A stretch of DNA of 24,000 bases from [Pasteurella] aerogenes (GCA_900637275.1 LR134362.1:769884-793883); one strand, 5' to 3'; shown: positions 8,072 to 16,347, numbered from the stretch's first letter. Numbers and translations: made by a program. The notes: generated by a model not told the origin, from the sequence alone.

Positions 8072-9796
8072 ATGAAAGAGCGTAAGCATTATACTGAAAA
8101 GTTAGCTTGCAATCCAGCGACCTCGCACATTTCTAAATGGCATTATGTCAATTGGCATAAAGCGGAAACGTATGTGAAAGGAATGCAAATTCGGATTGCG
8201 AAGGCAACACAGGAAGGCAATTGGCGTAAGGTTAAAAACTTACAACGAATGCTGACCCACTCACATTACGCCAAATTAGTGGCAGTAAAGAGAGTGACTG
8301 AAAATCAAGGTAAGCGAACAAGTGGTGTCGATAAAGTGCTTTGGGATACTCCAGAGACAAAGTGGCGAGCCGCACTATCATTGACGGAAAAAGGATATAA
8401 ACCAAGTCCACTTAGACGAGTGTATATTCCCAAATCGAATGGAAAGAAACGTCCGTTAGGTATTCCAACAATGCGAGATAGAGCAATGCAAGCCCTTTAT
8501 TTATTGGCATTACAACCTGTGGCAGAAACAACCGCAGATAAGGGTTCATATGGGTTTAGACTAAACCGCTCAACGGTTGATGCTATCTCTCATATACACC
8601 AAATTTATTCGCATAAAGGCAAGAAAACCAATCAACCTGTTGAATGGGTGCTTGATGCAGATATCGCAGGTTGTTTTGACCACATAAACCACGATTGGCT
8701 GTTAAAGCATATTCCGATGAATAAACGGATATTGCGAAAATGGCTAAAATCAGGTGTAGTGGAATTTGGACGGTTGAAACGGACAGAGGAAGGTACACCA
8801 CAAGGTGGGATTATCTCGCCAACGCTTGCAAATATGGCATTAGATGGGTTAGAAAAACTGCTTGAAACTCATTTTGGGGAAAAAGGCAGTCGGACAATTC
8901 GAGAAAATAAGACTTACTTAGTACGATATGCGGATGACTTTATCATATCAGGTAAAACGAAAGAATTGCTTGAAAATCAAGTTATCCCACTTATCCAGAA
9001 CTTTCTGAATGAACGAGGTCTATCCTTATCAGCAGAAAAGACAAAAGTGGTACATATTGAGGAAGGTTTTGATTTTCTAGGTTGGAATGTGAGACGTTTT
9101 CGAGGAAAGATACTGAACAGACCAAGTCAAAAGAATGTGAAAGCATTCTATAGCAAGGTCAGGACGGTGATTTCTAAAATGAAAATGGCGAAACAAGAAG
9201 ACCTAATAAGGGTACTCAATCCGATGTTACGAGGTTGGGCAAATTATCATCGAAGCCAAGTGGCAAGCAAGGCATTTGGACGAATGGACGCTATTGTTTG
9301 GAAAGCCTTATGGAAATGGTGTAGACGAAGACATTCCAATAAAGGTATAACGTGGATTAGAAATAAATATTTCTATGATACGGATAAACGTCGTTGGATA
9401 TTTGGCTCAGTTTATACCACACCGAAAGGGGAAACGAAACCAATGGAATTATTCTATTGCGGCTATGTTAAAATCAAACGACACGTCAAAATCAAGTCTG
9501 AATATAATCCGTTTTTACCTGAATGGGAGTTATACGGAGAAAAACTGAGCCAAGAACGTCTGTATGATGAACAGTCGCACAGACGACAATGGCAGGCACT
9601 GTATAAAGACCAACGTGGAAAATGTGCATTATGTGGGTTACCAATCACCAAAGAGACAGGCTGGCACGACCATCATATTGTGTATAGAATGTCTGGAGGC
9701 AGTGATGCGTTAAGCAATCGTTGTTTGGTTCACCCGAATTGCCATATGAAAATTCATGCCTTGAATTTGAATGTTGTGAAACCGACTATTTCATAG
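8072..9796 (+). CDS. Group II intron-encoded protein (reverse transcriptase, maturase X domain, HNH endonuclease domain)
   Basis: RT motifs DADIAGCFDHINH, TPQGGIISPTLANMALDGLE and RYADDFIISG. X/maturase motif LRGWANYHR. C-terminal HNH CALCG...HDHHIVYRMSGG...HPNCHMKIH. The ATG at 8072 with GAGGTAGG upstream is preferred over the in-frame TTG at 8012. Confidence 0.92.
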   Translation: MKERKHYTEKLACNPATSHISKWHYVNWHKAETYVKGMQIRIAKATQEGNWRKVKNLQRMLTHSHYAKLVAVKRVTENQGKRTSGVDKVLWDTPETKWRAALSLTEKGYKPSPLRRVYIPKSNGKKRPLGIPTMRDRAMQALYLLALQPVAETTADKGSYGFRLNRSTVDAISHIHQIYSHKGKKTNQPVEWVLDADIAGCFDHINHDWLLKHIPMNKRILRKWLKSGVVEFGRLKRTEEGTPQGGIISPTLANMALDGLEKLLETHFGEKGSRTIRENKTYLVRYADDFIISGKTKELLENQVIPLIQNFLNERGLSLSAEKTKVVHIEEGFDFLGWNVRRFRGKILNRPSQKNVKAFYSKVRTVISKMKMAKQEDLIRVLNPMLRGWANYHRSQVASKAFGRMDAIVWKALWKWCRRRHSNKGITWIRNKYFYDTDKRRWIFGSVYTTPKGETKPMELFYCGYVKIKRHVKIKSEYNPFLPEWELYGEKLSQERLYDEQSHRRQWQALYKDQRGKCALCGLPITKETGWHDHHIVYRMSGGSDALSNRCLVHPNCHMKIHALNLNVVKPTIS

Positions 9797-9811
9797 TTAA
9801 TAGAAAGGCTT

Positions 9812-9845
9812 GAGCTGTATGCAGAGAAATTTGCTTGTACAGTTC
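9812..9845 (+). ncRNA. Group II intron domain V
   Basis: GAGCTGTATGCAGAGAAATTTGCTTGTACAGTTC is 34 nt, has the AGC catalytic triad at positions 2-4, a two-part helix with a 2-nt bulge, and a GAAA tetraloop. Confidence 0.9.
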
Positions 9846-9848
9846 TTA

Positions 9849-9886
9849 GGGGGCGAAGAGATAGAAATATCTTTTTGCTACCCGAC
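9849..9886 (+). ncRNA. Group II intron domain VI with branch-point A and the 3' splice site
   Basis: GGGGGCGAAGAGATA-GAAA-TATCTTTTTGCTACCC forms a long helix with a GAAA loop. The bulged A at 9880 is followed by CCCGAC, so the intron ends in AC at 9886. Confidence 0.8.
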
Positions 9887-9910
9887 ATTTTTTATTTTCG
9901 TTTATTACAG

Positions 9911-9941
9911 ATTGCAAGCCTTTTGGCTTGCAATTTTTTTT
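9911..9941 (+). terminator. Rho-independent terminator of the rplM-rpsI operon, now downstream of the intron
   Basis: ATTGCAAGCC-TTTT-GGCTTGCAAT forms a 10-bp stem followed by a T8 run. Confidence 0.85.
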
Positions 9942-9969
9942 GTCAAAACAGACTTTTTTAGTATAACCT

Positions 9970-10000
9970 TTGGAAATTCACGTACGCTTTGTGGTAGAAT
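9970..10000 (+). promoter_or_regulatory. Candidate sspA promoter (extended -10)
   Basis: TGgTAGAAT at 9992-10000. There is a weak -35-like TTGGAA at 9970-9975. Confidence 0.4.
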
Positions 10001-10045
10001 ATCCCACTAACTTTTGATTTTATTTTTTAGTCGTCGGAGGAATAG

Positions 10046-10684
10046 ATGACAAGCGCTGCAAATAAACGTTCAATAATGACGCTTTTTTCGAATAAAACAG
10101 ATATTTATTGCCATCAAGTGCGCATTGTACTGGCGGAAAAAGGGGTCGCTTATGAAACGGAAGTTGTAGAACCGCAGGTAATTTCTGAAGATTTAATGGA
10201 GTTAAATCCTTATGGTACCATTCCGACTTTAGTCGATCGCGATTTAGTATTATTTAATTCACGTATTATTATGGAATATCTTGATGAACGTTTTCCTCAT
10301 CCGCCATTGATGCCAGTTTATCCTGTTGCCCGTGGAAAAAGTCGTTTGTTGATGTTGCGTATTGAGCAAGATTGGTATTCTTTATTGGAGCTGGCGGAAA
10401 AAGGAAACGATCAAGAAAAAGCGGATGCATTAAAACGCTTGAAAGAAGAATTACTGGCAATTGCACCGATTTTTAGCCAAACTGCTTATTTTATGAGCGA
10501 AGAATTTAGCTTAGTTGACTGTTATATTGCGCCTTTATTATGGCGTATGCAACAATTAGGTGTTGAGTTTAGTGGCGCTGGTAGCAAAGCGATTAAGGCT
10601 TATATGGATAGAGTATATCAACGCGATTCTTTTTTACAGTCTGTCGGAGAGTCTGCTCCGAAAAACTTAATGGATGATAAATAG
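10046..10684 (+). CDS. sspA: Stringent starvation protein A (GST-like)
   Basis: 212 aa beginning ...KRSIMTLFSNKTDIYCHQVRIVLAEKGVAYE and containing NSRIIMEYLDERFPHPPLMPVYPVARG, the typical SspA sequence. GGAGG lies upstream of the ATG. Confidence 0.93.
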   Translation: MTSAANKRSIMTLFSNKTDIYCHQVRIVLAEKGVAYETEVVEPQVISEDLMELNPYGTIPTLVDRDLVLFNSRIIMEYLDERFPHPPLMPVYPVARGKSRLLMLRIEQDWYSLLELAEKGNDQEKADALKRLKEELLAIAPIFSQTAYFMSEEFSLVDCYIAPLLWRMQQLGVEFSGAGSKAIKAYMDRVYQRDSFLQSVGESAPKNLMDDK

Positions 10685-10692
10685 GCTGGTTT

Positions 10693-11151
10693 ATGGAATA
10701 TAAAGCATCTCCTAAGCGCCCTTATTTATTGAGAGCTTATTACGATTGGTTGATCAATAATGAATTCACACCTTATTTAGTGGTTGATGCAACCTATCCG
10801 ATGGTGAAAGTGCCGGTAGAGTATGTGAAAGATGGACAAATTGTGTTAAATCTTTCGGCAAATGCTACGGGTAATTTGGCGTTAACTAATGATTTTATTC
10901 AATTTAATGCGCGTTTTCGTGGTGTAGCACAAGATATTTATATTCCGATGGGTGCTGCATTAGCAATTTATGCCCGTGAAAATGGGGATGGTGTGATGTT
11001 TGAGCCGGAGCCTTTTTATGATGAACAAGAAAGCGCTATTACCGCAGAACAACCGTTAAGTTTTGCTGAAGCGGTGGATAAACCAAAAACGGAATCTAAA
11101 ACCGAAAAAAACAATAAAAAATCAGCGTCGCATTTACGAATTGTGAAATAA
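10693..11151 (+). CDS. sspB: Stringent starvation protein B (ClpXP adaptor)
   Basis: 152 aa with N-terminus PKRPYLLRAYYDWLINNEFTPYLVVDA and an acidic linker. It lies immediately downstream of sspA. Confidence 0.9.
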   Translation: MEYKASPKRPYLLRAYYDWLINNEFTPYLVVDATYPMVKVPVEYVKDGQIVLNLSANATGNLALTNDFIQFNARFRGVAQDIYIPMGAALAIYARENGDGVMFEPEPFYDEQESAITAEQPLSFAEAVDKPKTESKTEKNNKKSASHLRIVK

Positions 11152-11176
11152 CCCGCTTAAAAATATGGAAAAAATG

Positions 11177-11185
11177 ACCGCACTT
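11177..11185 (-). repeat. Hin-type USS core (left arm of the terminator pair)
   Basis: ACCGCACTT. Confidence 0.9.
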
Positions 11186-11200
11186 TATCGAATTTTAAAA

Positions 11201-11209
11201 AAGTGCGGT
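11201..11209 (+). repeat. Hin-type USS core (right arm of the terminator pair)
   Basis: AAGTGCGGT. Confidence 0.9.
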
Positions 11210-11232
11210 CTTTTTTTGCGTTGTTTTTATAT

Positions 11233-11257
11233 AAAAATCCCCACATCAAAAGTGGGG
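11233..11257 (-). terminator. Rho-independent terminator of asnS
   Basis: The minus strand reads CCCCAC-TTTTGAT-GTGGGG followed by ATTTTTAT. Confidence 0.7.
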
Positions 11258-11269
11258 AAGTGTATTTAA

Positions 11270-12673
11270 TTAGAAGTTGGCATTACGTGGCGAGCGAGGG
11301 AACGGGATAACGTCACGGATATTTTGTACTCCGGTAACGTACACGATCAAACGCTCAAAACCAAGACCAAAGCCGGCGTGTGGAACGGTACCGTAACGAC
11401 GCAAATCGCGATACCACCAGTAATCTTCCGGATTTAATCCCATTTCAACCATGCGTTTATCTAATACATCAAGGCGTTCTTCACGTTGTGAACCACCGAT
11501 AATTTCACCAATTCCCGGCGCTAACACGTCCATTGCCGCAACGGTTTTGCCATCGTCATTTAAACGCATATAGAATGCTTTAATATCTTTTGGATAATTT
11601 TTCACCACTACTGGCGATTTAAAATATTCTTCCGCCAAATAGCGTTCATGTTCGGAAGATAAGTCGATTCCCCAAGAAACTGGGAATTCGAATTTTTTAC
11701 CCGATTTTAATAACACCTCAATCGCGTCGGTATAGTCGATTTGCGCAAAATCAGAATTAATAAAGTTTTCCAAACGGGTAATGACGGTACTATCTACGTG
11801 TTTTTCAAAGAATTTTAAATCATCTTGACGTTCATTCAACACAGCACGGAATACGTATTTCAACATATCTTCCGCCAATTTTGCATTATCTGCTAGGGTT
11901 GCAAATGCAATTTCTGGTTCAACCATCCAGAACTCCGCCAAGTGGCGAGTGGTATTGGAGTTTTCTGCGCGGAATGTCGGACCAAAGGTATAGATTTTAC
12001 TTAATGCACAAGCATAGGTTTCACCGTTAAGCTGACCGGAAACGGTTAAAAACGATTCTTTACCGAAAAAATCTTGTGAAAAATCCACCGCACCTTTGTC
12101 GGTACGCGGTAAATTTTCAAGATCTAAGGTGGACACTCGGAACATTTCGCCTGCGCCTTCCGTATCGGAGGCCGTAATTAACGGAGTGGCAACCCAGTAA
12201 AATCCTTGCTCATGGAAAAAGCGATGAATCGCTTGTGCTAGACAATGGCGAACGCGCGCAACTGCGCCGATAATATTTGTGCGCGGACGAAGGTGCGCTA
12301 CTTCGCGTAAATATTCAATACTGTGGCGTTTCGCTGCCATAGGATAAGTTTCTGGATCTTCTACCCAACCGGTAACTTCAATCGTTTCTGCTTGTAATTC
12401 AACTGCTTGACCTTCCGCCGGCGACTCAACAATAGTCCCAGTCACGATCACAGAACAACCGGTTGTTAAATGTAACACTTCATTTTCGTAATTTTGAATA
12501 TCATTGTTGACGATAGCTTGAATTGGATCAAAACAAGAACCGTCATAAACCGCTAAAAAGGAAAGTCCCGCTTTGGAATCGCGACGCGTACGCACCCAAC
12601 CGCGAACCGTTACTTTTTCACCGACTGAAGCTTTACCTTGTAAAACTTCAGCAACAGATGCAATTTTTGTCAT
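11270..12673 (-). CDS. asnS: Asparagine--tRNA ligase
   Basis: 467 aa from the ATG at 12673 ([14 protein letters not shown]...), with GAGG upstream. Class IIb motifs [19 protein letters not shown] and GFGLGFERL are present. The listed start at 12742 adds 23 atypical residues. Confidence 0.93.
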   Translation of the reverse strand: MTKIASVAEVLQGKASVGEKVTVRGWVRTRRDSKAGLSFLAVYDGSCFDPIQAIVNNDIQNYENEVLHLTTGCSVIVTGTIVESPAEGQAVELQAETIEVTGWVEDPETYPMAAKRHSIEYLREVAHLRPRTNIIGAVARVRHCLAQAIHRFFHEQGFYWVATPLITASDTEGAGEMFRVSTLDLENLPRTDKGAVDFSQDFFGKESFLTVSGQLNGETYACALSKIYTFGPTFRAENSNTTRHLAEFWMVEPEIAFATLADNAKLAEDMLKYVFRAVLNERQDDLKFFEKHVDSTVITRLENFINSDFAQIDYTDAIEVLLKSGKKFEFPVSWGIDLSSEHERYLAEEYFKSPVVVKNYPKDIKAFYMRLNDDGKTVAAMDVLAPGIGEIIGGSQREERLDVLDKRMVEMGLNPEDYWWYRDLRRYGTVPHAGFGLGFERLIVYVTGVQNIRDVIPFPRSPRNANF

Positions 12674-12762
12674 ATCAACCTCAATGCAATAAAATTGAAT
12701 AAAAAACTCGCCTAGTTTACCGCAACTTCGGCAAATTACCAAAATGAATTAAATTTTTTTAT

Positions 12763-12784
12763 TTTTGTGAAAATATTCACAGAA
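12763..12784. promoter_or_regulatory. CRP (cAMP receptor protein) binding site
   Basis: TGTGA-AAATAT-TCACA (12766-12781) is a perfect match to both half-sites of TGTGA-N6-TCACA. It lies about 60 nt upstream of a putative start site behind TATAAA (12821-12826). Confidence 0.6.
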
Positions 12785-12864
12785 TTGAAAATATCGCCTT
12801 GTTTTTTTTAAGGTTACTGGTATAAAGAAGGAAATATTTTAATAAATTCAAATAAACCATTAGG

Positions 12865-14097
12865 ATGATTATGGCAAAGGTAAGAAAGGAAGACAAATTA
12901 CCGCTAAAACTAAAACAATTAGGTAAAATTTATCAATTAATCGAACAGTTTGAAGAAATTTCACGTATTGATTTATCCAAATTATCTCGACTTGCACCGG
13001 CGACGATTACCGCGTTGACCAGACAGTTGATTGATGAAAAATTAATTATTGAAAGAGCGGTACAAAATACGGAATCACGTGGACGACCTGCAGTTGGTTT
13101 ATGCGTTTCTCCCTTTTATTGGCAGTCTGTGTGTGCCATTTTAATTGAAGACCATTTTGATATTTTGTTATGTGGTTTAGATGGTACGCCAATAGAGCAA
13201 GCAATTTATCCGTTGCACAGTGATGACTTTGATCATTTAGATCAATTTTTACTTGATTGTGTCCAGCATTTTATGTCGAATATTCAACCAAAACTCAATC
13301 ACCCGATGACTTTTTCTATTGCGGTGGCAGGAGAATTGGATAAATCGACGCAAAATTTAGTTCGCTTAGGTAAAAGAACACTGGATTTAAATTTACGTGC
13401 CTTATTTGAACCGCATTTTGATATTCCGATTTTGATTACTGAATATTTCCAAACTTGGCTGTATGCGGAAAATACCTTAGGTAGCGTGATTGGCTGTGAT
13501 AATGTGTTATTTTTACAATTAGATGATGTGATCAATTTGGGCGTTTTGGTGCAAGGCGAGCTGCTTTATCATAAAGAATACAAAAAAATTAATATTGATA
13601 AACTGATTGTGCCGAAAGATAACCTATTGCAAGAATTGATTAATATTCATTTGCCGGAATTGGAGCGTTATCAATTGACCAATCAAATTACACACGAGGC
13701 AATTTATCAATTAATTGATCAGCTTTATCCTAAAAATGTATTGGCGAATAAAAATGATAAAATTCAATTTTTATGCCAAAAAGCCAATGATGGTGATAAA
13801 AGTGCGGTCAATATTTTGCATTTTATTGCGGATACCTTGGCGTATGTGTTGATGAATTTGGTGAATATTTTCTCCTCCGAAAAAATTATGTTCAGTTCCA
13901 GTTTATTGTCTGCGAAAGAGATTTTCTTGCCGCGCTTGAATGCAACCTTAGCGAAAAATCTTGCCAACACACCGCATCAGGCAGAAGTAGTGGTGAGTCA
14001 ATATCAGTGGAATAGTCCGGTGGTATTAACATCTGCGATTAAACAAGGGATTTATGACGGTAGTTTGTTAACACATTTGATCAAATCCGAAACTTAA
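12865..14097 (+). CDS. ROK-family transcriptional regulator (Mlc/NagC-like)
   Basis: 410 aa, comparable to Mlc/NagC at about 406 aa. The N-terminal winged HTH ISRIDLSKLSRLAPATITALTRQLIDEKLI resembles Mlc VSRIDLSRLAQLAPASITKIVREM. Confidence 0.7.
   Translation: MIMAKVRKEDKLPLKLKQLGKIYQLIEQFEEISRIDLSKLSRLAPATITALTRQLIDEKLIIERAVQNTESRGRPAVGLCVSPFYWQSVCAILIEDHFDILLCGLDGTPIEQAIYPLHSDDFDHLDQFLLDCVQHFMSNIQPKLNHPMTFSIAVAGELDKSTQNLVRLGKRTLDLNLRALFEPHFDIPILITEYFQTWLYAENTLGSVIGCDNVLFLQLDDVINLGVLVQGELLYHKEYKKINIDKLIVPKDNLLQELINIHLPELERYQLTNQITHEAIYQLIDQLYPKNVLANKNDKIQFLCQKANDGDKSAVNILHFIADTLAYVLMNLVNIFSSEKIMFSSSLLSAKEIFLPRLNATLAKNLANTPHQAEVVVSQYQWNSPVVLTSAIKQGIYDGSLLTHLIKSET
13800..13808 (+). repeat. 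Hin-type USS core
   Basis: AAGTGCGGT. Confidence 0.9.
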
Positions 14098-14179
14098 TTT
14101 AACAAAACTTGTGTTAGCTCAATATTTCTGACAAAAAATTGGTTTAGAATTTTCTCCAGTTTATTAAAGGAGATAACCA

Positions 14180-14908
14180 ATGAGTAGCTTTTTTGTCACT
14201 GGAACGGATACCAATGTCGGTAAAACGATTTCGAGTCGAGCAATTATTCAAGCGTTACAAGCGAAAAATATCCGTATTGTCGGATATAAACCCATTGCGT
14301 GCGGACAGGATGATCCGATTTATGTTGATTTACAACAAACTCAAAAAGACGATTATGGTACGCAAGATAATCCGGATGTGTTGACTTTAATGCATTCCAC
14401 GAAAGAAAAAGTATCCTATCAAGACGTGAATAGTTATACTTTCGTACATACTATGCCGATGTTGACTACGGATTGCGAGATTATTGATATTGAAAAAATT
14501 GATCGCGATTTAAAACGCTTAACAGATCAATACCAGACTGTTGTAGTGGAAGGATCTTTCGGTTGGTTGACGCCGATGAATAAAACACATAGTTTTGCCA
14601 GTTGGGTCACGTCTCATCAAATGCCAGTAGTTTTGGTTGTTGGAATTAAAGAAGGTTGTATCAATCACGCGTTATTAAGTGCGGCGGCAATTAAACAATC
14701 TGGTTTACCACTACTTGGCTGGATCGCGAATCGGGTTAATCCGGGATTGGGACATTATGCGGAAATCATTCAATTGCTAAGAGATAAAATTGATGCGCCG
14801 CTGTTGGGGCAAATCCCTTATGTGCATAGACCGGAAGAACAGGAGTTAGGGCAATATATTACTAACATTGAGCGTTTAACCTATATGCAAACGGAATTAG
14901 TGAAATAA
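14180..14908 (+). CDS. bioD: ATP-dependent dethiobiotin synthetase (BioD family, stand-alone paralog)
   Basis: 242 aa with P-loop [13 protein letters not shown] and GYKPIACG, as in E. coli BioD (YFVTGTDTEVGKT, GYKPVASG). AGGAG lies upstream of the ATG. Confidence 0.8.
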   Translation: MSSFFVTGTDTNVGKTISSRAIIQALQAKNIRIVGYKPIACGQDDPIYVDLQQTQKDDYGTQDNPDVLTLMHSTKEKVSYQDVNSYTFVHTMPMLTTDCEIIDIEKIDRDLKRLTDQYQTVVVEGSFGWLTPMNKTHSFASWVTSHQMPVVLVVGIKEGCINHALLSAAAIKQSGLPLLGWIANRVNPGLGHYAEIIQLLRDKIDAPLLGQIPYVHRPEEQELGQYITNIERLTYMQTELVK

Positions 14909-14929
14909 TTCTTTTACAGAAACGAAATT

Positions 14930-14978
14930 AAATCGTATATAATTCACTCAAAATGAGGGATTTATATACGATTTTTTT
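14930..14978 (+). terminator. Rho-independent terminator after bioD
   Basis: AAATCGTATATAA (14930-14942) pairs with TTATATACGATTT (14962-14974) in a 13-bp AT-rich stem, followed by a T run. Confidence 0.6.
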
Positions 14979-15220
14979 ATTACAGCGTAAAATTTTATTT
15001 TACATAAGTAAATTTTTATTACTTAAAAAATATTTAGTATTCAATTGGTTATCAATTTTTAATTATATAATTTTAGCATTTTTTTTACGTAAAATAATGT
15101 AAATTCTATTTCATTCTTGATAAATTGTATTATACTTACGCCCATCGTTTAGAGAGTGAATTGAATCAATTACGCTCTTAATTTTAATTAATAAATTATT
15201 ATTTTACTCAGGAGTAAAAC

Positions 15221-15763
15221 ATGAAAAAATCAGTATTGGCTGTGTTAGTGTTAGGTGCAACTCTATCTTTAAGCGCTTGTTTCGATAAAGACAGCAAAAC
15301 TGCTGAACAAGTCGACAACGCGAAAGCAAGCATGACCGAAGCAAAAGATGCAGTAGCTAAAGCAGCAACCGACGTTAAAGATGCAACCGTACAAGCGGCT
15401 TCTGATGTGAAAGATAACGTCGCTGCAAAAGCAACAGAAATGAAAGATGCAGCAGTACAAAAAGTTGAAGACGTGAAATCAGCTGTAAATGAAAAAGTAA
15501 ATGCATTAACTGAAAAAGCTGCTGAAGTGAAAGATGCAGCAGCTGAAAAAGCTACTGAAGTGAAAGATGCAGCAGCTGAAAAAGCTACTGAAGTGAAAGA
15601 TGCAGCAGCTGAAAAAGCTACTGAAGTGAAAGACGCAGCAGCTGAAAAAGCTACTGAAGCAAAAGATGCAGCAGCTGAAAAAGCTACTGAAGCAAAAGAT
15701 GCAGCAATGGACAAAGTTAACCAAGCAGCAGATCAAGTAAAACAAGCTACAGAAACTAAATAA
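15221..15763 (+). CDS. Lipoprotein built from 11-residue amphipathic (LEA-like) repeats
   Basis: The signal peptide MKKSVLAVLVLGATLSLSAC carries the lipobox LSAC. The mature part is almost entirely degenerate 11-mers (xKDAAAEKATE). AGGAG lies upstream of the ATG. Confidence 0.85.
   Translation: MKKSVLAVLVLGATLSLSACFDKDSKTAEQVDNAKASMTEAKDAVAKAATDVKDATVQAASDVKDNVAAKATEMKDAAVQKVEDVKSAVNEKVNALTEKAAEVKDAAAEKATEVKDAAAEKATEVKDAAAEKATEVKDAAAEKATEAKDAAAEKATEAKDAAMDKVNQAADQVKQATETK
15512..15709 (+). repeat. Six tandem 33-bp in-frame repeats inside the lipoprotein gene
   Basis: The unit is GAAAAAGCTACTGAAGTGAAAGATGCAGCAGCT. Units 2 and 3 are identical and the others differ by 1-3 nt. Confidence 0.95.
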
Positions 15764-15782
15764 TCTGGAATTTGTTTTATGG

Positions 15783-15815
15783 AGCCGGAAAGTGAGTGCA
15801 TTTTCCGGCTTTGCT
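15783..15815 (+). terminator. Terminator after the lipoprotein gene
   Basis: AGCCGGAAA (15783-15791) pairs with TTTCCGGCT (15802-15810) in a 9-bp stem, followed by TTGCT. Confidence 0.6.
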
Positions 15816-15833
15816 ATTTATTGTCACAATTCA

Positions 15834-15862
15834 TTTTCATTTATTCTTATTTTTGGTAGAAT
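15834..15862 (+). promoter_or_regulatory. Candidate ssrA promoter (extended -10)
   Basis: TGgTAGAAT at 15854-15862, 12 nt before the mature 5' end. A weak -35-like TTTTCA sits 17 nt upstream. Confidence 0.4.
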
Positions 15863-15874
15863 AATAGGAATTTT

Positions 15875-16240
15875 GGGGCTGATTCTGGATTCGACGGGAT
15901 TAGCGAAGCCCAAGGTGCAGGTCGAGGTGCGGTAGGCCTCGTAAACAAACCGCAAAAAAATAGTCGCAAACGACGAACAATACGCTTTAGCAGCTTAATA
16001 ACCTGCTCATAGCCTTCGCTCCCTAGCTTCCGCTCGTAAGACGGGGATAAAGCGGAGTCAACTTAAACGAGATCGTGTGGACGCTTAGGCTTGGAGATCG
16101 AAACACTAAATTGAATCAAGCTAGCTTATTGGTTGCGTGTCTGTCCGCTGGCAGTAAGTGAAATTAAAGACGAGACTAAACCTGTAGTGCTGAAGGTAGA
16201 GTAATTTCGGACGGGGGTTCAACTCCCCCCAGCTCCACCA
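15875..16240 (+). ncRNA. ssrA: tmRNA (SsrA)
   Basis: Starts GGGGCTGATTCTGGATTCGACGGGATT and ends GGACGGGGGTTCAACTCCCCCCAGCTCCACCA. The tag ORF at 15966-15998 reads GCA AAC GAC GAA CAA TAC GCT TTA GCA GCT TAA, encoding ANDEQYALAA. Confidence 0.97.
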
Positions 16241-16257
16241 TTTTAACCTTTCACAAG

Positions 16258-16274
16258 GTGTCATAAAGGGTCAA
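16258..16274 (+). repeat. Direct repeat copy 1 between ssrA and int (candidate integrase arm site)
   Basis: GTGTCATAAAGGGTCAA compared with GTGTCATATAATGTCAA at 16331-16347, 13 of 17 identical. AAAGGGTCAA also pairs with TTGACCCTTT at 16295-16304. Confidence 0.4.
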
Positions 16275-16330
16275 ATTTATTGTAAATCAATGAGTTGACC
16301 CTTTTCTTTACTGCCACATACTGTCAAGAA

Positions 16331-16347
16331 GTGTCATATAATGTCAA
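16331..16347 (+). repeat. Direct repeat copy 2 (candidate integrase arm site; contains TATAAT)
   Basis: GTGTCATATAATGTCAA. The embedded TATAAT (16337-16342) is also the best -10 candidate for int. Confidence 0.4.

Larger units (their letters stand above)
6295..9886 (+). mobile_element. Group II intron with a composite, oversized 5' part, inserted at the rpsI stop codon
   Basis: The 5' end is GTGCGAC (GUGYG consensus) at 6295. An RT-maturase-HNH ORF occupies 8072-9796, domain V 9812-9845 and domain VI 9849-9886. The bulged A at 9880 lies 7 nt from a terminal AC. TAACG loops at 7805-7809 and 7898-7902 are complementary to the last exon bases CGTTA and are EBS1 candidates. Confidence 0.85.
11176..11217. 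terminator. Inverted-USS pair terminator after sspB
   Basis: GACCGCACTTT ... AAAGTGCGGTC form the stem, followed by T7. This is the classic Haemophilus-type USS-pair terminator. Confidence 0.8.

Noticed and set aside
9810-10010. 66-aa plus-strand ORF after the IEP gene
   Set aside because: It spans intron domains V and VI, the 3' splice site, the rho-independent terminator and the sspA promoter, so it is better explained by those elements.
12674-12742. 23-codon N-terminal extension of asnS
   Set aside because: The ATG at 12673 gives the canonical 467-aa AsnRS N-terminus and is preceded by GAGG. The extension, [14 protein letters not shown]..., is atypical.
13299-14384. Short ORFs nested in the ROK regulator and bioD genes (13299-13535 minus strand, 13764-13970 minus strand, 14193-14384 plus strand)
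   Set aside because: They are embedded in better-supported genes in an AT-rich sequence context, and their translations are not protein-like.
15512-15709. Possible CRISPR array, because of regularly spaced 33-bp repeats
   Set aside because: The repeats are directly tandem with no spacers. They lie in frame inside a coding sequence and encode an 11-aa protein repeat.
15208-15745. Three minus-strand ORFs (168, 63 and 79 aa) antisense to the lipoprotein gene
   Set aside because: They have low-complexity repetitive translations (SAAASF..., FFSCC...) generated by the reverse complement of the 33-bp repeats. They have no ribosome-binding sites, and the plus-strand gene has a signal peptide, a lipobox and a Shine-Dalgarno sequence.
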